64,000 bases of DNA from Clostridium sp. (GCA_023665725.1 JAMPDH010000001.1:3567-67566); one strand, 5' to 3'. Positions 19,656 through 29,838 are shown, numbered from the stretch's first letter. The notes: generated by a model from the letters alone, not told the origin. A program made the numbers and translations.

Positions 19656-20958
19656 AATAATATTAAATGTATTAGCAGGATTAACAGTTGGATTTGCTGA
19701 TATTTATATGTGGCATAGATTATACAATAAAAAAATAAATTTTAAAGATTATAAGCTATATATATCAATAACATTAATAGCAATAATAAGTAATTTGAAT
19801 TATTATCTTGTTAACAATTATGTAAAGATATTTTCTATAACACTATTTTGTATGTTTGTAAACGCATATTTATTTAATAAGAGGAATAACGAAATTTTAA
19901 TCGCACCAATAGTATCACAGTTTATAATATTGATTGTCGAAAGCGTTTTGATAGCGCCGTTATATTTTTTATTAGACTTTATTAATTTAAAATTAAGTAC
20001 TATATCATTTAATGCACTTTATTTAAATATCTTAATTAGTATACTTTCATGTTTGATTTCTAGATTAAAATGGCCTAGAAAATTATTTATAAAATTAGTG
20101 AAGATAACTGATAAATTAAGTGAAAGATTCTTATTTGTATTCTTAGGATTTATGGCTATAGTGTCAAATTTTTTCATAATGTTACCATATTATGAGTTGG
20201 ATTCTATATATATTGTTTGTATAAATTTTATAATAATCATTTTTTATGTATTTATAATATTTAAAATGATGGAGCAAAAAAATTCTAATATTAAAATTAA
20301 TAATAAGTATAATATAGTAAATAATACTTTAAAAGAAGTTGAACAAAATGTTACTAGACTTAAAATAACAAATCATGAAAATAAAAATCAATTGTTAACT
20401 ATTAGAAACATGTTAAAAAAGGGTGAAAAATCTGATAAAATTATGAATCATATAGATACTATAGTAAAACAAAAAGTTGAGGATGATGAAAATTTAATGT
20501 TTCAAACTTCAACTATAATGAACAGTATGATTAGCTCTATTATATATTCTAAAATGTTAACTATGAAGGAGAATAAAATAGATTCGAAACTTGTAGTAGA
20601 TAGAGATATAAGAAAATTAGACTTAGGAGAAATGGATGAAGACTTATCGGCAGAGGTTTGTAAGATTATAGGAGTTTATTTAGATAATGCGATTGAAGAA
20701 GTTATTAAACTTGATAAAAAGATAGTTAGTATAGAATTATATTGTGAAGATAAATGTTTATGCATAGATATATCTAATAATTTTGAAGGTGAAATAGATA
20801 CTGAAAAGATTAATATCCCTGGATATACTACTAAAAATGATGGTCATGGATATGGATTATCATTAGTAAAAGAAATAATTGATTCTAATCAAAACCTAAG
20901 CTCAAATTTAGAAATTAATAATGATATATTTAAACAAAAGTTAAAAATAAAAATGTAG
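19648..20958 (+). CDS. AgrC-like (HPK10) membrane sensor histidine kinase
   Basis: 436 aa; 6-7 N-terminal TM helices; C-terminal GHKL ATPase with GYTTKNDGHGYGLSLV; overlaps the RR gene by 8 nt. Confidence 0.8.
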   Translation: MDKIILNVLAGLTVGFADIYMWHRLYNKKINFKDYKLYISITLIAIISNLNYYLVNNYVKIFSITLFCMFVNAYLFNKRNNEILIAPIVSQFIILIVESVLIAPLYFLLDFINLKLSTISFNALYLNILISILSCLISRLKWPRKLFIKLVKITDKLSERFLFVFLGFMAIVSNFFIMLPYYELDSIYIVCINFIIIIFYVFIIFKMMEQKNSNIKINNKYNIVNNTLKEVEQNVTRLKITNHENKNQLLTIRNMLKKGEKSDKIMNHIDTIVKQKVEDDENLMFQTSTIMNSMISSIIYSKMLTMKENKIDSKLVVDRDIRKLDLGEMDEDLSAEVCKIIGVYLDNAIEEVIKLDKKIVSIELYCEDKCLCIDISNNFEGEIDTEKINIPGYTTKNDGHGYGLSLVKEIIDSNQNLSSNLEINNDIFKQKLKIKM

Positions 20959-20988
20959 TTTTTGCTACATTTTATTTATGCAATGCAA

Positions 20989-21102
20989 TTATTTTATTAA
21001 ACTTTTTGGGCATTCTGGTTCGTCAAATACTAGCATTAAACATGCTTGACTTCCAACTGATGCAGCCTTAAACCCTAAAAATGATAATATTGCAGATAAC
21101 AT
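20989..21102 (-). CDS. agrD: AgrD-like autoinducing-peptide precursor (37 aa)
   Basis: MLSAILSFLGFKAASVGSQACLMLVFDEPECPKSLIK; amphipathic leader, Cys-containing core, conserved acidic-Pro C-terminal recognition tail (FDEPE.PKSL); GGAGGG SD; directly downstream of agrB. Confidence 0.65.
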   Translation of the reverse strand: MLSAILSFLGFKAASVGSQACLMLVFDEPECPKSLIK

Positions 21103-21139
21103 ATAATCCCTCCTATTCTTTCTATATGTTTAAATTTCT

Positions 21140-21745
21140 TTAAACCGGATTTTCTATATATAACTTATAATTATTATATGGCATATTAAAAATTTTATAT
21201 GTAATTGGTGAAATAGTGATACATTGTGCTATTACCGCAAATATAAAACAATTTGAAATAAAATTATTTGTTATTACAAATGAAAGTATTATATAAACTA
21301 TTGCTATAAAAGTGGATAATAATTTATAAACTTTTCTTCTAGTTGGATTTATAATAGGTCTTTTATGAGTATCAGCTGGACTAAAAGCATATATATTTAT
21401 TATTCCAAGTATTCCTATTATATATTTTAAAATAGGAGAAATTTCTATGTGTAAGCTTATATATGGTACTCCAACAAATATTATTGTTGAACATACTAGA
21501 CAAATCCAACTTTTTGATGCATGTATCCCAAAAGATGGCATTCTCATTATATTATAAATAATTAGAAAAATAATTGCTTCTTTTAAGATACCTAAAAAGG
21601 CACATAGTATTAATATAATTACAAGTTTTGTAACAAGTAAATATATTGATAATAAACCATACTCTATTTGTTCAAGTTCATCTTTAGAGTATTTTTTATT
21701 TTTTTGTACTATTTCTAGACACCAATTTATTATCCAATGTTTCAT
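21140..21745 (-). CDS. agrB: AgrB accessory gene regulator B (AIP-processing membrane peptidase)
   Basis: 201 aa; polytopic; AgrB-family motif FGIHASKSWICL. Confidence 0.85.
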   Translation of the reverse strand: MKHWIINWCLEIVQKNKKYSKDELEQIEYGLLSIYLLVTKLVIILILCAFLGILKEAIIFLIIYNIMRMPSFGIHASKSWICLVCSTIIFVGVPYISLHIEISPILKYIIGILGIINIYAFSPADTHKRPIINPTRRKVYKLLSTFIAIVYIILSFVITNNFISNCFIFAVIAQCITISPITYKIFNMPYNNYKLYIENPV

Positions 21746-22086
21746 ATATCATACTCCCAAGTCATAGTTTACTATATATATTTTAAGTTTAAAAAAAATA
21801 TGTTTTAAAATACATTTTTTAAGTGTTTGATTTACTTACTTGCTTTTTATAATTAAATAATACTATTTTGATGCTCATATAAGCATATTTCACACATATT
21901 TAAAATGAAAATTTAAAATATACTATATAATTAAGAAACATAATATTTGAAAATTTGTTCATTTAAGTTATGTGATTGCTTATGCAAATTTTGTCGAATT
22001 TTGAAGACTGAAATTAATTGAAAATATGCATTATAGAATGTATATTAATATTGTAAGCGAATTTACTAGAAGGGAGATGTTTGTTA

Positions 22087-22298
22087 TGAGAGGAAAAGTA
22101 AAATGGTTCAATAATGACAAAGGATTTGGATTTATTGAATACAAAGAAGGCGAAGATATCTTTGTACATTATTCTGCTATTCTTTCAGAAGGTTATAAGA
22201 CATTAGTTGAAGGACAATATGTAGAATTTGAATTAGTTCAAACAGATAAGGGATTACAAGCTAAAAATGTTGTTGAAATAAAACCAACATTAGTATAA
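22087..22298 (+). CDS. csp: Cold-shock protein (CspA family)
   Basis: [18 protein letters not shown] with RNP motifs; true start downstream of the listed ORF start; long 5'UTR typical of csp genes. Confidence 0.9.
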
Positions 22299-22299
22299 A

Positions 22300-22335
22300 A
22301 AACAATATCAAGATTTTTGATATTGTTTTTTTGAT
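22300..22335. terminator. Bidirectional terminator between csp and the GT2 gene
   Basis: aacaatatcaa gattt ttgatattgtt hairpin followed by a T-run. Confidence 0.55.
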
Positions 22336-22337
22336 AA

Positions 22338-23423
22338 TTATTTAATTTTACTTTCTATTATTTTTTTATTATCCTTAAGTCTTTGATCATTTGGATTCAT
22401 TTTAATCGCATTATTTATATAGATTAATGCCTCATCATAAAATCCTAATTGATAACTACTTATAGATAGTAAATCATAAACTGTTTCATTCCAACTAAAT
22501 ACTTCATTTATATAACTTTTGGCGTGATATTTAATTTGTAATGCCTTTTTACACATATTATAAGTGTTTTCAAAATCATTTAATTGATAATATAAAAGTG
22601 CGAATTCAATATATGGATCTCTTAAATAAGGTGATTCTTTTATTGCTTTTTCATACCACAATTTGGCTTCATCATATCTTTTAAGGTTTTTATAACATCT
22701 TCCAATAAATCTCATTGAAGCACATCTTTCATCTTTCCATGTTGCGTTTTTAAGATTTAAATGTTTTATTAATGTATCAATTGAATCATTCCATCTATGA
22801 TTGTACATATATTCTCTTCCTAAATAATGCATATTTCTGTCATCATCGGGATCTTCTTCTACTGACATTTCTAGAAGTTCAAGGTATGAGCTTCTGGATT
22901 TAGAAGCATCGGGGTAATGATTAACTGTTATTTCATCTGTAGTTTCAATTTTTTCAATATTATTACCAGTATAAGTTAAAACCTCATGTACTGGATGTGT
23001 CCATTTATAATTGTTTCTTGTATGAATTTTTTCAATATAGAAATTTACAATTGGTTTATTATTTTCATCAAGGCTCCAGTTGTAATTATATCTTAATTTA
23101 TCTATTTTATCATTCCAAATTTTTTCTAGTTTTTTACGCCAACCAGGTTCGAAAACTTCATCTAAATCGGTACATATACATATATCAGTATCAAGTGGGA
23201 CCATATCTAGTGATTTATTTCTTGCAATATCAAATCTCCATGGTATAATTTTTTCTTCTTTTACAATTACATTATTATTTTTTAACATATTTACTGTTTC
23301 ATCAATTGAACCTGTATCTAAAACATATATATTATCTGCTTCTTTCATGGAATTTACCCATCTTTGTACAAATTTGGATTCATTTTTACTTATTGCATAA
23401 ACACATATTTTAAATTTTTTCAT
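22338..23423 (-). CDS. Family-2 glycosyltransferase with C-terminal TPR repeats
   Basis: 361 aa; N-terminal GT-A fold (YAISKNESKFV ... DTGSIDET); C-terminal TPR-like repeats. Confidence 0.7.
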   Translation of the reverse strand: MKKFKICVYAISKNESKFVQRWVNSMKEADNIYVLDTGSIDETVNMLKNNNVIVKEEKIIPWRFDIARNKSLDMVPLDTDICICTDLDEVFEPGWRKKLEKIWNDKIDKLRYNYNWSLDENNKPIVNFYIEKIHTRNNYKWTHPVHEVLTYTGNNIEKIETTDEITVNHYPDASKSRSSYLELLEMSVEEDPDDDRNMHYLGREYMYNHRWNDSIDTLIKHLNLKNATWKDERCASMRFIGRCYKNLKRYDEAKLWYEKAIKESPYLRDPYIEFALLYYQLNDFENTYNMCKKALQIKYHAKSYINEVFSWNETVYDLLSISSYQLGFYDEALIYINNAIKMNPNDQRLKDNKKIIESKIK

Positions 23424-23566
23424 TGTACCACCTTCTTATTAATATAAAATTTTTTCTATTATATTATATGAATATGGTTATAATAATTTTGTATTTTATT
23501 ATACAAAAAATAGATATAAAATTTATATCCACTTTTTGTTACTAATAATTTATAAAAGATTTTTAA

Positions 23567-24757
23567 CTATTTTATATCCTTATCATATTCTATATCATTA
23601 ATTTCATATTTACGTTTTCTAGCAATTTTATCCATTGCTTTATTAACAAGGAAACCAACTAGTGCTAAGGCAAAGAAGTAAATAAACCCAAATACGCTAA
23701 AGCTAGGTTCAGATTCTGTAAATAAGTCTATTAATGATGCACCAACACCCATTGATGTAACGATCGTTAAGCTTCCAATAGATTTATTTGTGATTTCTCC
23801 CTGTAAATCATTAAATAGTTTCTGAGCTGATGATACATAATTTTTTGTCATTGACCATAAATGCTTTATATAATCAAGTGTATCTTTTAATGTTTCATAT
23901 CTATATCCAGAAATTGCCAAAAATTCTGAAAGTTCTTTATCATTTTTTGCAATTTTTTCTCTTGTAGGAAGATATGTACTCATTTGATTTATTCTACCAT
24001 CTATTAAGTTTATAGTTTTTGCGTATCCTTCTAATTTAGAATTAAATTTAACAATATCTGACCCTTTAACATTTGCATTTTCTTTGACTTCATCTATTTT
24101 TTCCCAAATAATACGATGTAAATTTAGATATCTATGAAGTTGCCCTTTATATTCACGAATAAATATCTGTTCTTCTATATATCTTTCAATATTATTGATA
24201 GTTTGTTTTTTATTATTAATAAAATAATATTTGTCTCCACGGATAACATCATATTTTTCATTTGTAAATTCAAAATATTTTTGCTTTTCTGTTCTACTAA
24301 GTAATTCATTCATACCGTCTTTATCACAATTATTACATACTATGAAATATGGATATACAGTTTCTATATGCGCAAGTTCCTTTGGAACAGGAGCTCCTAA
24401 GCTAAATAGATAACTAAATGCAGGGGAAAGTTTATTTTCATAATAATCTGTTACACGATCTATATCGGCAAATAAAGTATCTTCGCTAGCATTACAATTA
24501 TTTAATACTATAAGCCCATCTTCGAATATTTTTACTTTTATGCTAAGTGCAGTTGTGAATTCTACATATTCTACTCCCTGAACACCATAATCAATTTTAC
24601 CGATTTCCAAATTTTTTCTGAATTCTATAAGTTTATCTTGATCTAAATTTAGTTGCGTTTTACAACTTCTTAAAAAATCATATATTTCTGATAGTTGTAG
24701 CATAGTTCTTTGAAACCAACCACCTATATAAACATTAGTTATATTCATATTTTTCAC
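23567..24757 (-). CDS. Hypothetical protein, C-terminally membrane-anchored
   Basis: 396 aa; clean ORF with no recognisable family; C-terminal amphipathic/TM segment FSVFGFIYFFALALVGFLV. Confidence 0.5.
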   Translation of the reverse strand: MKNMNITNVYIGGWFQRTMLQLSEIYDFLRSCKTQLNLDQDKLIEFRKNLEIGKIDYGVQGVEYVEFTTALSIKVKIFEDGLIVLNNCNASEDTLFADIDRVTDYYENKLSPAFSYLFSLGAPVPKELAHIETVYPYFIVCNNCDKDGMNELLSRTEKQKYFEFTNEKYDVIRGDKYYFINNKKQTINNIERYIEEQIFIREYKGQLHRYLNLHRIIWEKIDEVKENANVKGSDIVKFNSKLEGYAKTINLIDGRINQMSTYLPTREKIAKNDKELSEFLAISGYRYETLKDTLDYIKHLWSMTKNYVSSAQKLFNDLQGEITNKSIGSLTIVTSMGVGASLIDLFTESEPSFSVFGFIYFFALALVGFLVNKAMDKIARKRKYEINDIEYDKDIK

Positions 24758-24765
24758 TCCTTTTT

Positions 24766-25203
24766 TTAAATTTCTTTTGAGAAAAATTTAGCATCATTTA
24801 CTATAAATCCGTATTTTTTGTAACATTCATGTGCTGGCTGTCTAAAGTTATTTGACCATAATTCTATACAAACACATCCCATTTCTTTAGATATTTTTTC
24901 ACACGCATCTAACATATAGGTTGCTATATGATATCTTCTATATTCTGGTTTTACACAAACATGATTTAGAATAGAATATGTATTCATTTTTTCATAAATT
25001 GTAGGAATAATTGTTATTTTGCTATGTGCAATAATTTTATTATTAATTATACCTACTAAATATATTTGATTTTTATCGTTCATAGTTTCTATAAATACTT
25101 TTTCTGCATATTCAATACTTGTGTTTTCTTCAAAACATTCATTACATAATTCGATTATTTCTTTTAAGTCTTCGAGTTTGGCTTTTCTAAAAGTTACTTC
25201 CAT
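24766..25203 (-). CDS. GNAT family N-acetyltransferase
   Basis: GNAT fold motifs; start set at the ATG that has a GGGAGA SD. Confidence 0.75.
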   Translation of the reverse strand: MEVTFRKAKLEDLKEIIELCNECFEENTSIEYAEKVFIETMNDKNQIYLVGIINNKIIAHSKITIIPTIYEKMNTYSILNHVCVKPEYRRYHIATYMLDACEKISKEMGCVCIELWSNNFRQPAHECYKKYGFIVNDAKFFSKEI

Positions 25204-25230
25204 TTTTAAATCTCCCTTCAGTATTTTATT

Positions 25231-25255
25231 ATCGTAGAACAAATTATTCTACGAT
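25231..25255. promoter_or_regulatory. Palindromic operator-like site ATCGTAGAA-N7-TTCTACGAT (copy 1)
   Basis: perfect 9-bp inverted half-sites; sits in the GNAT promoter region. Confidence 0.4.
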
Positions 25256-25357
25256 ATTTATTTATTTAAATTATAGCATAATTAAACGCTCATTTATGAT
25301 TAAATTATAAAAATATTGTAAAAAAAAGTAAAATTTTCCTATAAATTAGATTGAAAA

Positions 25358-25384
25358 TATCGTAGAATAATTTGTTCTACAATA
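25358..25384. promoter_or_regulatory. Palindromic operator-like site ATCGTAGAA-N7-TTCTACAAT (copy 2, inverted relative to copy 1)
   Basis: same 25-bp element, 1 mismatch, opposite orientation; sits in the hpf promoter region. Confidence 0.4.
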
Positions 25385-25485
25385 TTTTTCGTAATAATTT
25401 TTAGTATATAAAGTCTATTTTTATGTTTTTATAATAATGACAAATTAATAAATAAATGGTAAAATATAAATAGAGGTGATATGAG

Positions 25486-26010
25486 TTGAAAATTAATATT
25501 CGTGGTAATAAAGTAGAAGTAACAGAATCAATTAAAAGTTATATTTTTGAAAAAATTGGTAAACTTGATAAGTATTTTGAAAATCCTGATGATATCACAG
25601 CAACAGTTGTAATAAGAGTAAGAGGAAAAGAACAAATAGTTGAAATTACAATTCCAATTAAAAGAGCAGTTTTAAGGTGTGAAGAAAGTACTCAAGATTT
25701 ATATTCTTCAATAGATTTTTCTGTTGATAAGTTAGAAAGACAAATTAGAAAAAATAAGACAAAATTAAAAAAGAATAGAGAAAAATATATTGAAATATCT
25801 GACTTTAATGATGAAATTCAAGAAGATACTGAAGATATAATTGTAAAAAGAAAAGTTATTGAAGTAAAACCTATGAATGATGAAGAGGCTATACTTCAAA
25901 TGAATTTATCAGGACATACATTCTTTGTATTTAAGGATATAGATGATGGTTTAACAAAAGTTGCATATAAAAGAAAAGATGGCAATTATGGTATAATTGA
26001 AATAAAATAG
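25486..26010 (+). CDS. hpf: Ribosome hibernation-promoting factor (long HPF)
   Basis: 174 aa; TTG start with AGAGGTGA SD; N-terminal RaiA/HPF domain plus C-terminal dimerisation domain. Confidence 0.9.
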   Translation: MKINIRGNKVEVTESIKSYIFEKIGKLDKYFENPDDITATVVIRVRGKEQIVEITIPIKRAVLRCEESTQDLYSSIDFSVDKLERQIRKNKTKLKKNREKYIEISDFNDEIQEDTEDIIVKRKVIEVKPMNDEEAILQMNLSGHTFFVFKDIDDGLTKVAYKRKDGNYGIIEIK

Positions 26011-26085
26011 GTTTTTGCCTATTTTATTAATTTTCACTATTATTTTATACTGTTTTTTGATAAAATGTATAGAGGAGGAAGAAAC

Positions 26086-28575
26086 ATGGGTATATTAAAA
26101 AAATTATTTGATCATGAATATAAAGAATTAACCAGATTTGAAGCAATGGCTGATGAAGTTCTTGCTAAAGAAGATGAGATTTCTAAATTATCTGATGATG
26201 ATTTAAAAAATAAAACATTTGAATTTAAAGAGAGATTAAAAAATGGGGAAACAATAGAAGATATAAAAATAGATGCTTTTGCAGTTGTAAGAGAAGCTGC
26301 ATACCGTGTTATAGGTGAAAAACCTTTTAAAGTACAGGTTATAGGTGGTTTTGCACTTCATTATGGAAATATTGCAGAAATGAAAACAGGAGAAGGTAAA
26401 ACATTAACTTCTACAATGCCGGCATATTTAAATGCTCTAACAGAAGAGGGAGTTCATATAATAACCGTAAATGAATACCTTGCTGGTCGTGATGCTGAAT
26501 GGATGGGAAGTATTTATAAGTTTTTAGGGTTAACAGTTGGCGTTAACTATCGTGAATTAACTCCTGATGAAAAAAAGAAAGCATATAACTCTGATATAAT
26601 GTATTCTACTAATAATGAAGTTGGTTTTGATTATTTAAGAGATAATATGGTTGTTAGAGCACAGGATAGGGTTATGAGACCATTTAATTTTGCAATTGTA
26701 GATGAAGTTGACTCTGTTTTGATAGATGAAGCGAGAACTCCTCTTATTATTTCAGGTGGGAATATGTCTTCAGCAAATCTTTATGTTCAGGCTGATAAAT
26801 TTGCTAAAACATTAAAAGAGGGGAAAGGATATATATATGATGAACAAACTAAAGCCGTAAGCTTAGATAAAGAAGGAATTGATAAGGCTGAAAAGAATTT
26901 TAATATAAGTAATTTATATGATGTAAATAATTCTACATTGGTTCATTTTATAAACCAAGCTTTAAAGGCTAATTTCTCTATGAAAAAAGATGTAGATTAC
27001 GTTGTAGATAATGGAGAAGTTGTAATAGTTGACCCATTTACAGGACGTTTAATGAAAGGTAGAAACTATTCGGATGGTCTTCATCAAGCAATAGAAGCAA
27101 AAGAAGGAGTTCAAATTCAACAAGAAACTAAAACTTTGGCAACTATAACATTTCAAAATTTGTTTAGAATGTATAAAAAACTTTCTGGTATGACAGGTAC
27201 TGCAAAAACTGAGGAAGAGGAATTTAGGGATATATATAATATGTATGTTATATGTATACCTACTAATAAACCTGTAATAAGAGAAGATTTTAAAGATTTA
27301 ATATTTGCAAATAAGAACGCTAAATATAAGGCAATAATAAATGAAATTAAGGAAAGACATGCTAAAGGTCAACCAGTACTTGTTGGAACGATAGCTGTTG
27401 AAACAAGTGAATTAATTAGTTCTATGTTAAAAAAGGAACATATTTCTCATGAAGTATTAAATGCTAAAAATAATGCTAGAGAAGCGGAAATAATTGCAAA
27501 AGCTGGTGAAAAGGGAGCAGTTACAATAGCAACTAATATGGCTGGTCGTGGAACTGATATTAAATTAACAGATGAAGTTAAAGAACTTGGTGGATTATGT
27601 GTAATTGGAACTGAACGTCATGAGTCAAGAAGAATTGATAATCAGTTAAGAGGTCGTTCGGGAAGACAAGGCGATCCAGGGTTTTCACAATTTTGTATAT
27701 CTTTTGAAGATGAATTAATGGTTCGATTTGGAACCGAAAAAGCAAAATTAATGTTAGAAAAAGTTGGATTTGCTGGGGATTTATCTATAAGAAATGGAAT
27801 GTTATCAAAGTCTGTTGAAAGTGCTCAAAAAAGGATTGAAGGAAATAATTATGATACTCGTAAAACATTACTTCAATATGATGATGTAGTTAATCAACAA
27901 AGAGAAATAATTTATGAAAGAAGAAACGAAATATTAGATAATGAAAATATACATGAAAATGTTTTAACTTCATTTAATAATTATGCATCTTTGCAAATTG
28001 AACTTCATACAAATGATGATAATAAATTTGAGGATAATTCGTTAAGTGAACTTGTTGAAGCTGTAAATTCTTTATTAAAATCTAAACTTTCTGTTTCCGA
28101 TTTAGAAAGTTTATCAGTAGATGAAGTTAAAAATAAGGTTTATGATAGACTAGTAACAGAGTATGAAGAAAAAATAAATGAGCTTCCAGAAAATATTTAT
28201 CAAGAATTTGAAAGAGCTATATCTCTTAGAATTATAGATATGTATTGGATGGAACATATTAATACTATGGCTATTTTAAGAGAGGGAATTTATTTAAGAG
28301 GTTATGCACAAGAAGATCCATTAAGAGCTTATACAACGGAAGGTTTTGATTTATTTAATAATTTATTGGATACAATTGATAAGGAAACCGTAACGTTTTT
28401 AATGAAATCTGAGGTAAGACAAAATACTGAAAGAAAGCAAGTTGTTAAAGGTGAAGCAGCAGAGGATAGTTCCAAGTTGAAGAAACAAACACCAAAGAAA
28501 TCTGAAAAGATTGGAAGAAATGACCCATGTCCATGTGGAAGTGGTAAGAAATATAAGCAATGTTGCGGAAAATAG
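26086..28575 (+). CDS. secA: Preprotein translocase ATPase SecA
   Basis: about 830 aa; DEAD-like motor motifs; C-terminal zinc-finger tail CPCGSGKKYKQCCGK; start moved to MGILKK. Confidence 0.95.
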   Translation: MGILKKLFDHEYKELTRFEAMADEVLAKEDEISKLSDDDLKNKTFEFKERLKNGETIEDIKIDAFAVVREAAYRVIGEKPFKVQVIGGFALHYGNIAEMKTGEGKTLTSTMPAYLNALTEEGVHIITVNEYLAGRDAEWMGSIYKFLGLTVGVNYRELTPDEKKKAYNSDIMYSTNNEVGFDYLRDNMVVRAQDRVMRPFNFAIVDEVDSVLIDEARTPLIISGGNMSSANLYVQADKFAKTLKEGKGYIYDEQTKAVSLDKEGIDKAEKNFNISNLYDVNNSTLVHFINQALKANFSMKKDVDYVVDNGEVVIVDPFTGRLMKGRNYSDGLHQAIEAKEGVQIQQETKTLATITFQNLFRMYKKLSGMTGTAKTEEEEFRDIYNMYVICIPTNKPVIREDFKDLIFANKNAKYKAIINEIKERHAKGQPVLVGTIAVETSELISSMLKKEHISHEVLNAKNNAREAEIIAKAGEKGAVTIATNMAGRGTDIKLTDEVKELGGLCVIGTERHESRRIDNQLRGRSGRQGDPGFSQFCISFEDELMVRFGTEKAKLMLEKVGFAGDLSIRNGMLSKSVESAQKRIEGNNYDTRKTLLQYDDVVNQQREIIYERRNEILDNENIHENVLTSFNNYASLQIELHTNDDNKFEDNSLSELVEAVNSLLKSKLSVSDLESLSVDEVKNKVYDRLVTEYEEKINELPENIYQEFERAISLRIIDMYWMEHINTMAILREGIYLRGYAQEDPLRAYTTEGFDLFNNLLDTIDKETVTFLMKSEVRQNTERKQVVKGEAAEDSSKLKKQTPKKSEKIGRNDPCPCGSGKKYKQCCGK

Positions 28576-28621
28576 ATTAAAGCTCGTGTTTACGGGCTTT
28601 TTTAATACAATATTTTATCAC

Positions 28622-28646
28622 TAGATACAAATTTAAATACATTCTG
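28622..28646. repeat. 25-bp direct repeat TAGATACAAATTTAAATACATTCTG (copy 1; part of a local inverted repeat tagataca...tgtatcta)
   Basis: second copy at 29814-29838 (1 mismatch); the pair brackets the HD gene. Confidence 0.7.
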
Positions 28647-28780
28647 CTTGTATCTATTTTGTATCTAATTATGAAATGCAAGTAATTAAAGTCTTTATTT
28701 ATGAGGATTTTAAAGAAATTTTACCAGTGTCTAACTGATATAGGAAAATTTATGATATAATGATTATGGAGGTAGCGACA

Positions 28781-29806
28781 ATGAATCACATTGATAATAT
28801 AGATATCAGAACTAAAGAGTACTTTCAGGTGTTGGAACCAAATTTTCCAGAATGGTTAATTGAATATATAAATACACCTGAACTTTTAAAACAACAATAT
28901 ATTAGTATAACTTGTGGTACTATTTATTCTGACTTATTTGAAAGTGATTATTTCTTTTCAAGCCTTGATCATTCTGTTGCTGTTGCTTTGATTTGTTGGC
29001 ATTTTACAAATGATAAAAAAGTAACTCTAGCTGGTTTATTTCATGATATCGCAACTCCTACATTTAAACATTGCATTGATTTTTTGAATGGAGATTATAT
29101 GAATCAAGAATCTACCGAAGATTTAACAACAAAAATTATTAAAAGTTCAAAAGAGATAAAGTCTTTACTAAAAAGAGATAATATTGCTTTGGAAGAGGTC
29201 AATGATTATCATATTTATTCTATCGCAGATAATGATACCCCTAGACTATCTTCAGATAGATTAGAATATTCTTTATCAAATGCTTTATTAACATATAATT
29301 TATTAGATTTGACTTCAATTAAAGAAATTTATGATGATATAGAAATTCAAAAAAATGAAGAAGGAATAGTAGAATTAGGTTTTAAGACTATAAAAATAGC
29401 AAACAAATTTGTTGAAGTTACAAGTAAATTATCAGTTATTTATAGAGAAGATAGGACAAGATACTCAATGCAATTACTAGCTGATATCATAAAAAAATTA
29501 AATGAAGAAAAGATTATTACTATTAAAGATTTATATGATAAAAACGAAAGTGAAATTATAGATGTAATAGAAAATTCCCAATATAAAGAAATATTTGATG
29601 ACTGGAAAAATGCAAAAGCTGTAAAGATATCAAAAGAGAGACCTTTAAATGTTTATTTTGTGCATCATGGTGCTAAAGTAAGATATATTGATCCATTAGT
29701 AAATGATAAAAGAATATCAGAAATAGATGATAAGAGTAAACAAATGATTGAAAAAAACTTATCATATGATATGAGTAATTATGTCTATTTAGATTTTAAT
29801 TTCTAA
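28781..29806 (+). CDS. HD-domain phosphohydrolase family protein
   Basis: H...HD motifs (SLDHSVAVALICWH, LFHDIATP); GGAGG SD before the ATG at 28781. Confidence 0.7.
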   Translation: MNHIDNIDIRTKEYFQVLEPNFPEWLIEYINTPELLKQQYISITCGTIYSDLFESDYFFSSLDHSVAVALICWHFTNDKKVTLAGLFHDIATPTFKHCIDFLNGDYMNQESTEDLTTKIIKSSKEIKSLLKRDNIALEEVNDYHIYSIADNDTPRLSSDRLEYSLSNALLTYNLLDLTSIKEIYDDIEIQKNEEGIVELGFKTIKIANKFVEVTSKLSVIYREDRTRYSMQLLADIIKKLNEEKIITIKDLYDKNESEIIDVIENSQYKEIFDDWKNAKAVKISKERPLNVYFVHHGAKVRYIDPLVNDKRISEIDDKSKQMIEKNLSYDMSNYVYLDFNF

Positions 29807-29813
29807 AGTATTT

Positions 29814-29838
29814 TAGATACAAATTTAGATACATTCTG
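29814..29838. repeat. 25-bp direct repeat copy 2 (TAGATACAAATTTAGATACATTCTG)
   Basis: matches 28622-28646. Confidence 0.7.

Noticed and set aside
18918-20958. Possibility that the LytTR regulator and kinase are VirR/VirS
   Set aside because: The architecture fits, but I cannot verify identity from memory, so I kept the generic AgrA/AgrC-like call.
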